This document shows positions 27,268 to 36,103 of a DNA stretch of 64,000 bases, piece by piece (the stretch's first letter is position 1; the number at the start of each line of letters is the position of its first letter). The DNA lies in assembly GCA_965140415.1 (NCBI GenBank), contig OZ223209.1:480001-544000 (forward strand), written 5' to 3'. The notes beneath the pieces are model-generated. The model did not search any database and was not told where the DNA came from. It saw only the letters and a program-made list of their open reading frames with translations. A program made the position numbers and the translations under genes. The DNA comes from Myxococcota bacterium (lineage in GTDB: Bacteria; Myxococcota_A; SURF-8).

Positions 27268-28182
27268 GTGAAGATTCAAGCGTATCCCGAATACCTTTTC
27301 GACCCGTCCACCCGGCATATGCTCTCGGTCGCTCATCAGGACGATGAAATCATGTACTGCGGTTTGATCCAGCGCTGGGGCGAGGATTGCCGCTTTTTAT
27401 GGACGACCAACGGCGATGGGCTGGCACCGTTCGTCAATGCGGACCCGAAGGAATATGCCGAAATCCGCAAAGCGGAAACGGATGCCGTATTGACCACGCT
27501 GGGACGTTCGCTGTCGTTGCGCCGCTGCATGGATTACTCTGAAATCGAGATCTACGACAATTTCGTCGACTTGACGCTTGCGCCGCAGCGCACCGAAGAA
27601 ATCATGGATTTCTTTTACAAGATCGGCTGTGAAATCTACCGGGAAATCAAAGAATTCAACCCGGATGTGGTGTGGTCGGGAGCCTTTCAGAACGGGCATC
27701 CCGAACACGATTTGGTACATTTCCTTTCCGGGTATGCCATTCGCCAGATCAATAGCGAACAGGAAAAACAGATCGCTTTTTATCATCTGCCTGAATACGA
27801 GTACACGATCCTGCTGCCGTTCCGTTTTCATCCCCGCTACAAAGGCATCATTCACGCCATCGAACTGACGGAAAAGGAAGTGGAAGTCAAAGCCCAGGCG
27901 TTGCAATGCTATCCCAGCCAGGTGGATTTGTTTACCAAGTTCGAGCGTGTATTCAATGGGTTGGGTAAGTTGTCCGGTTTGCTCGGAAAGCCTTTTACCG
28001 CAGAAGATTTCTTAAAGAAGGAAATCTTCTCGAAGGTGCCGGATGACATCGATTACACGAAATCCACCCATTGGTTCGAGTTCGAGAATTACATCGGCGA
28101 CAAGAACAAGAATATCAAAGTTCGCTTTGACCGTCACGTCGGAGCGATTGCCGCCCGGATGCGCGATCGGCCTTTCGCCTGA
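27268..28182 (+). CDS. PIG-L/LmbE family deacetylase
   Basis: AHQDDE, TNGD, R..E, GHPEHD, K..ALQCYPSQ. RBS aggagg before GTG. Confidence 0.85.
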   Translation: MKIQAYPEYLFDPSTRHMLSVAHQDDEIMYCGLIQRWGEDCRFLWTTNGDGLAPFVNADPKEYAEIRKAETDAVLTTLGRSLSLRRCMDYSEIEIYDNFVDLTLAPQRTEEIMDFFYKIGCEIYREIKEFNPDVVWSGAFQNGHPEHDLVHFLSGYAIRQINSEQEKQIAFYHLPEYEYTILLPFRFHPRYKGIIHAIELTEKEVEVKAQALQCYPSQVDLFTKFERVFNGLGKLSGLLGKPFTAEDFLKKEIFSKVPDDIDYTKSTHWFEFENYIGDKNKNIKVRFDRHVGAIAARMRDRPFA

Positions 28183-28254
28183 TTGGTAGGCGGAGCAAGT
28201 CCCATCTGATTGTACGGGGCGGCGAAATTCCGTGATGTACAGGAGGCACAAGTC

Positions 28255-29619
28255 ATGCGTGCTCGGATAATCAGCATAGTGGCGATCCTGTTGTGTTGGA
28301 TCATGGCGGCGGCAAACGCGCAGGCCGGTGAGATTATCCGCCTGGATCAGGCGCAGCGGCTGGCGCTGGAAAACAATCACGATATCAAGGAACTGGTGGA
28401 GAAAAAACAGCGGGCGGACATTACCCTGATTCGCGCCTGCACGATGCTGCTGCCCAGTATCTACCTGCGCGGGTCGATCACACGCCACGACAAGAGCATC
28501 AAGTTTCCATCCGACAGCGATATGGATCTCTTACAGACCGCCTGCGATCAGGGCGACGTTTCTTCCTGTGCGACCTTGCAGTCCACCGAGCAGATGACGA
28601 TCCAGGATTTGTGGGGTTATTCGACTTCGTTGACTGCGACCATGCCGCTGTTCTACCCACGTTCGATTCCGCTGATCATGAATGCCGATAGTGGTGTGGA
28701 TGTGATGGATTTGATGAAGCGCCACGGCGAGTCAGAACTGTTGTATTCGGTTACGGCGGCTTATTATGCGGTGTTGCAGGCGGATAAGCTGGTTGACGTT
28801 GCCGAGAAAGCCCTGGAACGCTCGCAAGATCATTTAAAGAGCGCACAAAACAAGGTCAAAGCCGGTAAAGGCGTGCGCCTGGAAGTGCTGCGCGCCGAGA
28901 TGCGTATCGCCGAAGCGGAAAAGGCACTGACGGAAACCACCGCCGGACGCGATCTGGCCCGGCAGGGATTGGGGTTCTTGATCGGACGCCCGGAAACGTT
29001 TGGCGTTGTGTTGCCGGAAATCGTGGCCAAGCAACCGGAAGGCAGCGTACCTTCACTGGTGGAAAACGCTCAGCGACAACGTTTGGATTTGCGGGCGATG
29101 CGAGAAAACGTGGTGATTGCAGATCGCAACAACACCGATGCCTGGCTGAAATTCGCACCGGACTTTTCAATTCAAGGAAGCTATAGTTGGGCCAACGCCA
29201 GCGGCTTTTCCAATTCCAATTCAAGCTGGCAGGTGATGTTCATGGCCAATCTGCCGATTCTGGAAGCCGGAACGCAGGTTGCGGATATCATGGAAACCGC
29301 CAGTAAAACCCGTTCCTCGCAGATCGAAGCGGATAAATTGGCCGAGCAGATCGCCAATCAGGTGCGCGAGGCGGAACTGAATTTGAATCAAGCGCGTGCG
29401 AAACTGGACGTTTCGATCAAGCAATCGGAACTGGCCAGGGAAAACTATGAACTGGTCAAGCGTCAGTACGATGTCGGCCTGGTGGACAACCTCACGATGC
29501 TGGATGCCGAAACGGAGTTGTTCCGGGCGGAGCAGTCGCAGGCGCGTGAAGAACTCTCTGAAATTCTGGCGATTCTGACTTTGCGTCAGCGTTCCGGTTT
29601 CATTTTGGGAAGGAAATAG
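28255..29619 (+). CDS. TolC-family outer-membrane efflux protein
   Basis: Signal peptide, ALENNHDI, VTAAYYAVLQA, RQYDVGL..LDAE. RBS aggagg. Confidence 0.9.
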   Translation: MRARIISIVAILLCWIMAAANAQAGEIIRLDQAQRLALENNHDIKELVEKKQRADITLIRACTMLLPSIYLRGSITRHDKSIKFPSDSDMDLLQTACDQGDVSSCATLQSTEQMTIQDLWGYSTSLTATMPLFYPRSIPLIMNADSGVDVMDLMKRHGESELLYSVTAAYYAVLQADKLVDVAEKALERSQDHLKSAQNKVKAGKGVRLEVLRAEMRIAEAEKALTETTAGRDLARQGLGFLIGRPETFGVVLPEIVAKQPEGSVPSLVENAQRQRLDLRAMRENVVIADRNNTDAWLKFAPDFSIQGSYSWANASGFSNSNSSWQVMFMANLPILEAGTQVADIMETASKTRSSQIEADKLAEQIANQVREAELNLNQARAKLDVSIKQSELARENYELVKRQYDVGLVDNLTMLDAETELFRAEQSQAREELSEILAILTLRQRSGFILGRK

Positions 29620-29622
29620 AAC

Positions 29623-30393
29623 ATGCGGTTAAGGGGTTTCTTAGCGGCGATTGTCGTTTGGTTCATGATCTTCCCATGCTGGGCGCAGGATGCGGAACAG
29701 CTACCCGAAAAGGTGGAAACAACAGTCGAACAACCAAGTGGTACTCCTGCGGCTAAAAAAGCGACGAAACCGGAAAAACCGGAAAGCGACACACTGGCGG
29801 GAGTCGATGTTCTATTGAACAACAAAATGCTTTTCGATCCCGTACCGGGAAGTTGGGCGCGTTATCGATTGGAAGAAAAGATCCAGCAGCAGAGTCGGGA
29901 AATTCTGGTCGGTATCGGACCGCGGCGTGGCGCGATTGCCAAAAACAGCTACTGGATCGAAATCATCACTACCAGTAAAAGCGGCACCGAGGTTAAAATC
30001 GGCGTTTTGTATCGAATCGACAAGACCGGTCGGCACGAGGTGGATCGCCTGGTCGTCAAGATGGGAGATCATCCGGCGGTGGAACTGCCGGACAGCTCGA
30101 CCGAATATTCATTGACGCGGGAAAAGCCGGTGCGTTACGCCCAGTTGGGAATGGAAAAAGTCGAAGTTCCCGCCGGGCGGTTCGATGCCGAGCGTGGACG
30201 CTTCCGCTATACGGAAGATGAAGTGATGGAAGTGTGGACTTCCAAAGATGTGCCGCCCTTTGGTATCGTGCGCGCCATGTCGATCACCTACGATCTGCAG
30301 CTGATGGAATACGGCTCCGATTTCGAACCGATGGAGTTGGGCGAGCCGATGATTCTAAAGAGCCCCGAACCCTTCAATGCAAACAAGCCATGA
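29623..30393 (+). CDS. Secreted hypothetical protein (VEVPAGRF beta-rich domain)
   Basis: Signal peptide CWA-Q, PGSWARY, EKVEVPAGRF, VWTSKDVPPFGIV. Coupled to tolC and xerD. Confidence 0.75.
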   Translation: MRLRGFLAAIVVWFMIFPCWAQDAEQLPEKVETTVEQPSGTPAAKKATKPEKPESDTLAGVDVLLNNKMLFDPVPGSWARYRLEEKIQQQSREILVGIGPRRGAIAKNSYWIEIITTSKSGTEVKIGVLYRIDKTGRHEVDRLVVKMGDHPAVELPDSSTEYSLTREKPVRYAQLGMEKVEVPAGRFDAERGRFRYTEDEVMEVWTSKDVPPFGIVRAMSITYDLQLMEYGSDFEPMELGEPMILKSPEPFNANKP

Positions 30394-31328
30394 ATGCCTG
30401 GAACCTGGATCGGGCACTGGACGAATTCAGCGCGTATCTGAAGATCGAGCGTCGCTTGTCTGCCAATACGCTTGCCGCCTATAACCGCGATTTGACACGC
30501 TATCTGGATTTTCTGCAAACACGCGGCATCGAAACGCCTCTTCGCATTCAGCGGGAGGACGTTCGGGATTTTCTGGCGGATTTGAGCGAACAGGGATTGG
30601 GAGCGCGCACCCGTAGCCGCATGACCAGCGCCTTGCGCGGCTTTCATCGTTTTCTGATCAAGCGAAACGTCTGTGAGCACGATCCTAGTGCCGACGTGCA
30701 TTCTCCCAAAGCCGGGCGCAAGCTGCCGCGCGTGCTGTCCGAAGAGGAAATCCGGGCGCTGCTTGCCGCACCGGATGTGGAAACTCCATTGGGACTGCGG
30801 GATCTGGCGATTTTCGAAGTGCTTTACGCTTCGGGGCTGCGCGTGTCGGAATTATGCGATCTGGATGTGAGCGCCGTAAATCTGGAGGCCGGGTTTTTGC
30901 GTGCCTTCGGCAAGGGCAAAAAAGAGCGACTGGTGCCGATGGGTGAAAGCGCCAGGCAGGCGGTGGAACGCTATTTGAAACAGGCGCGATCCTTGCTGCA
31001 AGATCCCCGTAAGCCCTCCCCTGCTCTGTTTGTCAGTCGGCGCGGTAAACGGTTGACACGCGACGCCGTTACGAAGCTGGTCGAGAAATACAGCTTATTA
31101 GCCGGAATTACTCGTAAAATTTCACCGCACGTGCTGCGCCACAGCTTTGCGACTCATTTATTGGAACATGGTGCGGATCTGCGAGCGGTGCAGGCCATGT
31201 TGGGTCATGCCGATATCGGCACCACGGAAATCTACACGCACCTGGATCGGGAAGTGATCCGGCGCACCTATACCAACGCCCATCCGCGAGCCGGGCGCAA
31301 AGCAAAAAACAGCACTTCGGAAGAGTAA
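30390..31328 (+). CDS. xerD: Site-specific tyrosine recombinase XerD
   Basis: ERRLSANTLAAY, LYASGLRVSEL, GKGKKERLVP, HVLRHSFATHLL, LGHADIGTTEIYTH. Confidence 0.93.
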   Translation: MNAWNLDRALDEFSAYLKIERRLSANTLAAYNRDLTRYLDFLQTRGIETPLRIQREDVRDFLADLSEQGLGARTRSRMTSALRGFHRFLIKRNVCEHDPSADVHSPKAGRKLPRVLSEEEIRALLAAPDVETPLGLRDLAIFEVLYASGLRVSELCDLDVSAVNLEAGFLRAFGKGKKERLVPMGESARQAVERYLKQARSLLQDPRKPSPALFVSRRGKRLTRDAVTKLVEKYSLLAGITRKISPHVLRHSFATHLLEHGADLRAVQAMLGHADIGTTEIYTHLDREVIRRTYTNAHPRAGRKAKNSTSEE

Positions 31329-31351
31329 GCTCTGCTATAGCCTTTATTTGA

Positions 31352-31514
31352 TCATTCCTGTCCATCGAATAATAGTGATGTGCCATGGTCTCACGGAATG
31401 GAAATTCCGGGAGGCCGTGTGTAACCTATTGAAGACACACAGCCTTCCACGATCTTCGATCGCGTAAGACTATGGCACACATTCTTGGAATCGGTAAAAA
31501 TGACTAATACCTAG
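31352..31514. mobile_element. MITE/REP-like dispersed repeat, long structured copy
   Basis: Outer stem gtgccatggtct..agactatggcac enclosing three hairpins. Homologous to 12440-12533. Confidence 0.65.
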
Positions 31515-31515
31515 C

Positions 31516-32517
31516 CTAGAGCAGTTTTTCCGCGATCTGTACGGCGTTCAATGCCGCGCCTTTGCGTAAGTTATCGGATACACACCAGAAATTAAGAGCA
31601 TTGGGATTGACTCGATCTTTGCGGGTGCGGCCCACATAAACTGGGTCCGTGCCGCTGGCCGTACTGGCGAGCGGGTAGAGTTTGTTCGCCACATCATCGG
31701 CAACCTGCACGCCATCCATTTTCTCCCACAACGAAATAGCTTCCTGAACTTCTACCGGACGTGCAAACTCGGCGTAAACGCTCTCGCTATGACCGTTTTT
31801 AACCGGTATCCGTACGCAGGTGGCCGTTACACCGATGTTTTCGTCGCCCAGGATTTTGTGGGTTTCCCAGACCATTTTCATCTCTTCCTTGGTCCAACCG
31901 TCCTCTAGGAAGACGTCGATCTGCGGCAGCGCATTGAAGGCGATAGGATGAGCGAACACCTTGTAATCATAGGGTTCTCCCGCCAGATCGGCGCGGGTGC
32001 CTTCCAGCATTTCGCGGGTGGCTTTCCAACCGCCGCCGCTGGTGGCCTGATAAGTGCTGACGATCAAACGGGTCAGACGGGCGGCATCGTGCAGCGGCTT
32101 TAATGCAACAAGCATCTGAATGGTGGAACAGTTCGGATTGGCAATGATTCCGTTATGTTCCGCGATTTTCTCCGGGTTGACTTCCGGTACGACCAGCGGA
32201 ATTTCCGGATCGTAGCGAAACGCGCTGGTGTTATCGACCACCACGCAGCCTTCGCTTGCCGCCTGCGGAGCCGCCGTTTGCGATATGGATGCGCCGGCGG
32301 AAAACAAACCAATATCCACTCCCTTGAAACAACCGGGTTTTATCGTTTGCAATGTAATGGATTCTCCCCTAAACTCGACTTGTTTCCCGGCGGAACGCTC
32401 GGAGGCGAACAGCAGTAAATTCGAGATAGGGAAGTTTCTTTCCTGTAAAATTTGCAGCATGGTGCGTCCGACTGCGCCGGTTGCTCCAACGATTGCGACG
32501 GTTTTGGGGGTAGACAT
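31516..32517 (-). CDS. asd: Aspartate-semialdehyde dehydrogenase
   Basis: GATGAVG, IANPNCST, STYQATSG, DNLRKGAALNAVQIAE. Confidence 0.97.
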   Translation of the reverse strand: MSTPKTVAIVGATGAVGRTMLQILQERNFPISNLLLFASERSAGKQVEFRGESITLQTIKPGCFKGVDIGLFSAGASISQTAAPQAASEGCVVVDNTSAFRYDPEIPLVVPEVNPEKIAEHNGIIANPNCSTIQMLVALKPLHDAARLTRLIVSTYQATSGGGWKATREMLEGTRADLAGEPYDYKVFAHPIAFNALPQIDVFLEDGWTKEEMKMVWETHKILGDENIGVTATCVRIPVKNGHSESVYAEFARPVEVQEAISLWEKMDGVQVADDVANKLYPLASTASGTDPVYVGRTRKDRVNPNALNFWCVSDNLRKGAALNAVQIAEKLL

Positions 32518-32846
32518 GGTACTCCTTTCCTCGGGTGTTGACGCCGTTTGTTGCTCACTGTGAACGGCTTATGCTCGAATTTCAACGAATTCCGATTGTC
32601 ATAGTGATTCCGGTGGAATTCGCGGTTGTCGCCATACAAGCATGGAATAGTACATTGCCGCTTTCATATCATACTTGAGGTGCGGATTTCAAGAGGAATT
32701 GATGCAATGCGTAAAGAGTTCACGGGGTAAATGAAAAGACAACTATCGCAATTCCATAAAGTTCTGGACAAGGTTTTCTCTCTTGGGTAGAATTTCCCAA
32801 CCATTCTATGGTCTTTCTTATGAGTCCTTCTGAAAGTGTAGTAATC

Positions 32847-34877
32847 ATGGATGTTAAATGCCCGCGCTGCCAGGTTTCGTTCGATGGTGGAGATTTTCCT
32901 CCGAGCGGAAAGAAACGTCTGACCTGCCCGATCTGCCGTACCTATTTCGAGGTGGCATACCAGGCCGAGATCCTTACGCCGGATTCCGGTGAATCCAAGC
33001 AGGAAGAAGAAGCCGTGCATGCGGCTCCGATCATCTCGGCCAAATCCAGCGACCAGGAGCAGGAAAAAGAGCAAAAGGAAGAGGCTGAGCGCAAGCGCAA
33101 GGAAGAGGAAGAAAAGAAGCAGAAGGAAGAGGCCGAGCGTAAGCGTAAGGAAGAGGAAGACAAAAAGCAGCAGGAAGAGGCCGAGCGTAAGCGTAAGGAA
33201 GAGGAAGACAAAAAGCAGCAGGAAGAGGCCGAACGCAAGCGCAAGGAAGAAGAAGAGAAGAAGCAGAAGGAAGAGGCCGAGCGCAAGCGCAAGGAAGAGG
33301 AAGAGAAGAAGCAAAAGGAAGAGGCCGAGCGCAAGCGCAAGGAAGAGGAAGACAAAAAGCAGAAGGAAGAAGCCGAGCGCAAGCGCAAGGAAGAAGAAGA
33401 GAAGAAGCAGAAGGAAGAGGCTGAGCGCAAGCGCAAGGAAGAGGAAGAAAAGAAGCAGAAGGACGAGGCCGAGCGCAAGCGCAAGGAAGAAGAAAAAAAG
33501 AAAAAGAATAAAAAGTCGAAGGGTAAAAAAGGGAAAGGCAAAGAACAGGCCATCGTTGAACCGGCCAAACCCAAACCCTCCGACGAGCCCAAAGTCGCTG
33601 CCAAGGAAGAGCCGAAATCGCAACCCAAGGGAAAACCCGGAGGGAAAGAGCACCATCATCTGGTAGGTGAGGAAGATCACGAAGCGGTTGCCGGTTTCTT
33701 CGATTCGAAGCCCAGCCTGGCCGATTACAAAAAAGACGTCGAACCGATTGATTTCTCCGATCTGGACAGCAAAGAGGAAAAGGGAAGTCGACAGCTTTTC
33801 TATATCGGAATCGTGGTCGCTTTGTTCATCGGTGTCGGAGCGACCTTATCGTGGTTTATTCACGACAACATCTCGCGTCGCAAACAGGTGAACGAAGGCG
33901 ACATGCTGTATGTGGAAGATCAGGCTGTCGATCAGCAGGAACAAGAACGTGATGCCATCGGCCTGAAAATCGATGAAACCAATAAGCCGCGTTCGCTGGG
34001 CGATCTGGGCACCGAGCAGCAGGCTGCCGAAGAAAATCAGGTGGCGGTTGTCGAGGCGACTGACGAAGTCGAGGAAACCGAGGCTGAGCGCTTGGCGCGT
34101 GAGAAGGTTGAAGCGATTGTTGCGGCCCAACAGGGAAGTCCTGGTGAAGATCCTGCTGCTGCCAACGCTGAACAGGAGAAGGCTGAACAGGAGCGCTTAG
34201 CTGCGGAAAAGGCCGAACAGGAACGGTTGGCGGCGGAAAAAGCGGAGCAAGATCAAAAAGCCGAGCAGGAACGCCTGGCCGCTGAGCAAGCGGAAAAGGA
34301 ACGCTTGGCAAAGGAAAAAGAAGAAGCCGAGCGCCTGGAGGCGCAACGTCAGCAGGAAGAACAACGTCGAGTAGATGAGGAGCGCAAGCGGCGTCAGCAG
34401 GAAGAGGCGCGTATCGCGAAACTGGAGCAGGAAAAACGCGCGCAACAGCAGCGCGAGCGTGAGCGGCTGGATGCGGAAAAGAAGAAGCGACTAGCCGAGG
34501 AAAAGAGACGGCAAGAAGCGGAGGCCAAGCGCCTTGCCGCTGCAAAACAGAAAAAAGCGAAGCAGAACAAAGCTCCCAAGAAAGTGGCCAAGAATGATTC
34601 CAAGGCATTGTCTCCGGCTGATCGTCGCAAGAAAGCGCTGGAACACTATAACAATGGAAACACGATGGTGCGGCAGAAGAAGTTCGGTCCCGCCATCGAT
34701 GAGTATCGGAAGTCGTTGCAATACAATCCGGGATTTGCCCAGGCGCATCGCGGATTGGGAATTTCGTATGCGTCGTTGGGCAACAGCAAGCAGGCCATTC
34801 AGGAGTATCGCCTGTACCTGAAAATGGCCCCCAATGCGCCGGACGCCGATCAAGTGCGCAAGATCCTTGGCGAGTAA
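32847..34877 (+). CDS. Zinc-ribbon / charged-repeat / TM / TPR protein
   Basis: N-terminal CPRC..CPIC, EK-rich repeats, one TM (LFYIGIVVALFIGVG), C-terminal TPRs (HYNNG, AHRGLG, YRLYLKMAPNAPDA). Confidence 0.85.
   Translation: MDVKCPRCQVSFDGGDFPPSGKKRLTCPICRTYFEVAYQAEILTPDSGESKQEEEAVHAAPIISAKSSDQEQEKEQKEEAERKRKEEEEKKQKEEAERKRKEEEDKKQQEEAERKRKEEEDKKQQEEAERKRKEEEEKKQKEEAERKRKEEEEKKQKEEAERKRKEEEDKKQKEEAERKRKEEEEKKQKEEAERKRKEEEEKKQKDEAERKRKEEEKKKKNKKSKGKKGKGKEQAIVEPAKPKPSDEPKVAAKEEPKSQPKGKPGGKEHHHLVGEEDHEAVAGFFDSKPSLADYKKDVEPIDFSDLDSKEEKGSRQLFYIGIVVALFIGVGATLSWFIHDNISRRKQVNEGDMLYVEDQAVDQQEQERDAIGLKIDETNKPRSLGDLGTEQQAAEENQVAVVEATDEVEETEAERLAREKVEAIVAAQQGSPGEDPAAANAEQEKAEQERLAAEKAEQERLAAEKAEQDQKAEQERLAAEQAEKERLAKEKEEAERLEAQRQQEEQRRVDEERKRRQQEEARIAKLEQEKRAQQQRERERLDAEKKKRLAEEKRRQEAEAKRLAAAKQKKAKQNKAPKKVAKNDSKALSPADRRKKALEHYNNGNTMVRQKKFGPAIDEYRKSLQYNPGFAQAHRGLGISYASLGNSKQAIQEYRLYLKMAPNAPDADQVRKILGE
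33069..33500 (+). repeat. Coding tandem repeat, 9 x 48 bp (KQKEEAERKRKEEEEK)
   Basis: Nine near-identical 16-aa units, read directly from DNA and translation. Confidence 0.92.
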
Positions 34878-34902
34878 GCAAGCCAATCCAATTCGAAAAG
34901 TC

Positions 34903-35655
34903 ATGATGGGAGCCCGAAGTGTGGCTCCCATTTTTCGTTCCGGCATAAGCTGGTTTGGAGACAAAGCCGGAATGTTGTTGTTTCCGACTACCTGTCCAAG
35001 TTGCGGGCGTTTCCTCGTAACCCGACAAGGCTGGCCGGTTTGCGCGGAATGTGAGCGTTTGATCGAGGAACTGACGGAACCGCTTTGTCCGCGTTGCGGT
35101 CGCTCGGTCGTGGAAGAGGGGCTTTGTGAAATCTGCCTGGAAGATCGCACACCTGAACCGTTTTTTCCCATTCGTTCAATGGCTCACTATGCCGGACCAT
35201 TACGGGAAATGATTCTGGCAATCAAAAACGGCGAGCGCGAAGATATCGCTCCAATACTAGGAACGCGTTTGGAACTGCTATGCCGTCCGCTTTTGCAACC
35301 GGGCGAACGGGCAACCGTAGTGCCGGTACCACTATACAGAACCAGGATGTTGCAACGCGGTTTCAATTTGCCGGATATCCTGGCGCATCGGCTGGCCAAG
35401 GCGATTCACGGGCAGTATCGTCCCGGCTGGCTTAGGCGCATTCGGGATACGCCCTCGCAAAAAGGGCGCGGAGTGCAGCAACGCCTGGAGAATGTAAAGG
35501 GTGCCTTTGCTGCGGCTGAGAGCTTGTCCATTGAAGGGAAGTTGATTTTCCTGGTAGATGATGTCGCCACCAGCGGTGCAACCTTGGCCATGGCAGCCAA
35601 GCCGTTGTTGAAAGAAGGGGCGCGCGTGGTGGGTGTGACTTTGGCTCGCGCCTGA
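34903..35655 (+). CDS. comF: ComF family protein (double zinc ribbon + PRTase)
   Basis: LFP..CPSC..CAEC..CPRC..CEIC, VPVPL, RGFN, LVDDVATSGAT. Confidence 0.9.
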   Translation: MMGARSVAPIFRSGISWFGDKAGMLLFPTTCPSCGRFLVTRQGWPVCAECERLIEELTEPLCPRCGRSVVEEGLCEICLEDRTPEPFFPIRSMAHYAGPLREMILAIKNGEREDIAPILGTRLELLCRPLLQPGERATVVPVPLYRTRMLQRGFNLPDILAHRLAKAIHGQYRPGWLRRIRDTPSQKGRGVQQRLENVKGAFAAAESLSIEGKLIFLVDDVATSGATLAMAAKPLLKEGARVVGVTLARA

Positions 35656-35828
35656 TATTGGTGTAACTAAATGATATTACAGAAGAATGAGGGTCAATTG
35701 CATAGGAAGCTACAGGAAAGCTGTCTTTTTCCCTTGACGTGCTTCGGTTCCAGTGATACCAAATTCGCTGTTAGATAGTGTGGATTTCATGTTGGCATGA
35801 ACATTTTTTTCCCTTAAAGGAGGATAAA

Positions 35829-36011
35829 ATGGCAACGGTGGTAGACGCGAGCTTGTGTGAAGGATGTGGATCTTGTGAAGCCGTGTGTCCGGCAGACCCC
35901 AACTGCTACGAAATGCAGGACGACGTTGCCGTCGTGGTGAGCCCGGATAGTTGCACCGAGTGCAGCGAGTGCGTGGACATTTGTCCGGTCGGCGCGATCA
36001 CCCTGGAGTAA
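35829..36011 (+). CDS. 2x[4Fe-4S] ferredoxin
   Basis: CEGCGSCEAVCP and CTECSECVDICP. RBS aggagg. Confidence 0.93.
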   Translation: MATVVDASLCEGCGSCEAVCPADPNCYEMQDDVAVVVSPDSCTECSECVDICPVGAITLE

Positions 36012-36033
36012 ATTCCTCGACGATCCGAAAAAG

Positions 36034-36068
36034 AAAAGCCCGTTTCCGAGCATGGAAGCGGGCTTTTT
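36034..36068. terminator. Bidirectional intrinsic terminator
   Basis: aaaagcccgtttcc-gagcat-ggaagcgggcttttt between convergent genes. Confidence 0.85.
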
Positions 36069-36103
36069 GTGTGTAATGGGGAGATGAACTCCCCAATCGA
36101 TTC

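Noticed and set aside
27268-29619. PIG-L deacetylase and TolC as part of the Tes/UbiA cluster
   Set aside because: Separated by a roughly 100-nt gap and contiguous with the xerD run. Membership cannot be supported without comparative data, but is not excluded.
30390-31328. Tyrosine recombinase as integrase of the cluster or tail element
   Set aside because: Sequence is typical chromosomal XerD, coupled to housekeeping genes and 24 kb from the tail module.
33069-33500. Regular repeats as a possible CRISPR array (also 36833-37243)
   Set aside because: No unique spacers, units are multiples of 3 within ORFs, and there are no cas genes.
32664-33680. Extremely hydrophobic Leu/Phe ORF that looks like a membrane protein
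   Set aside because: Reverse complement of the purine-rich E/K repeat.
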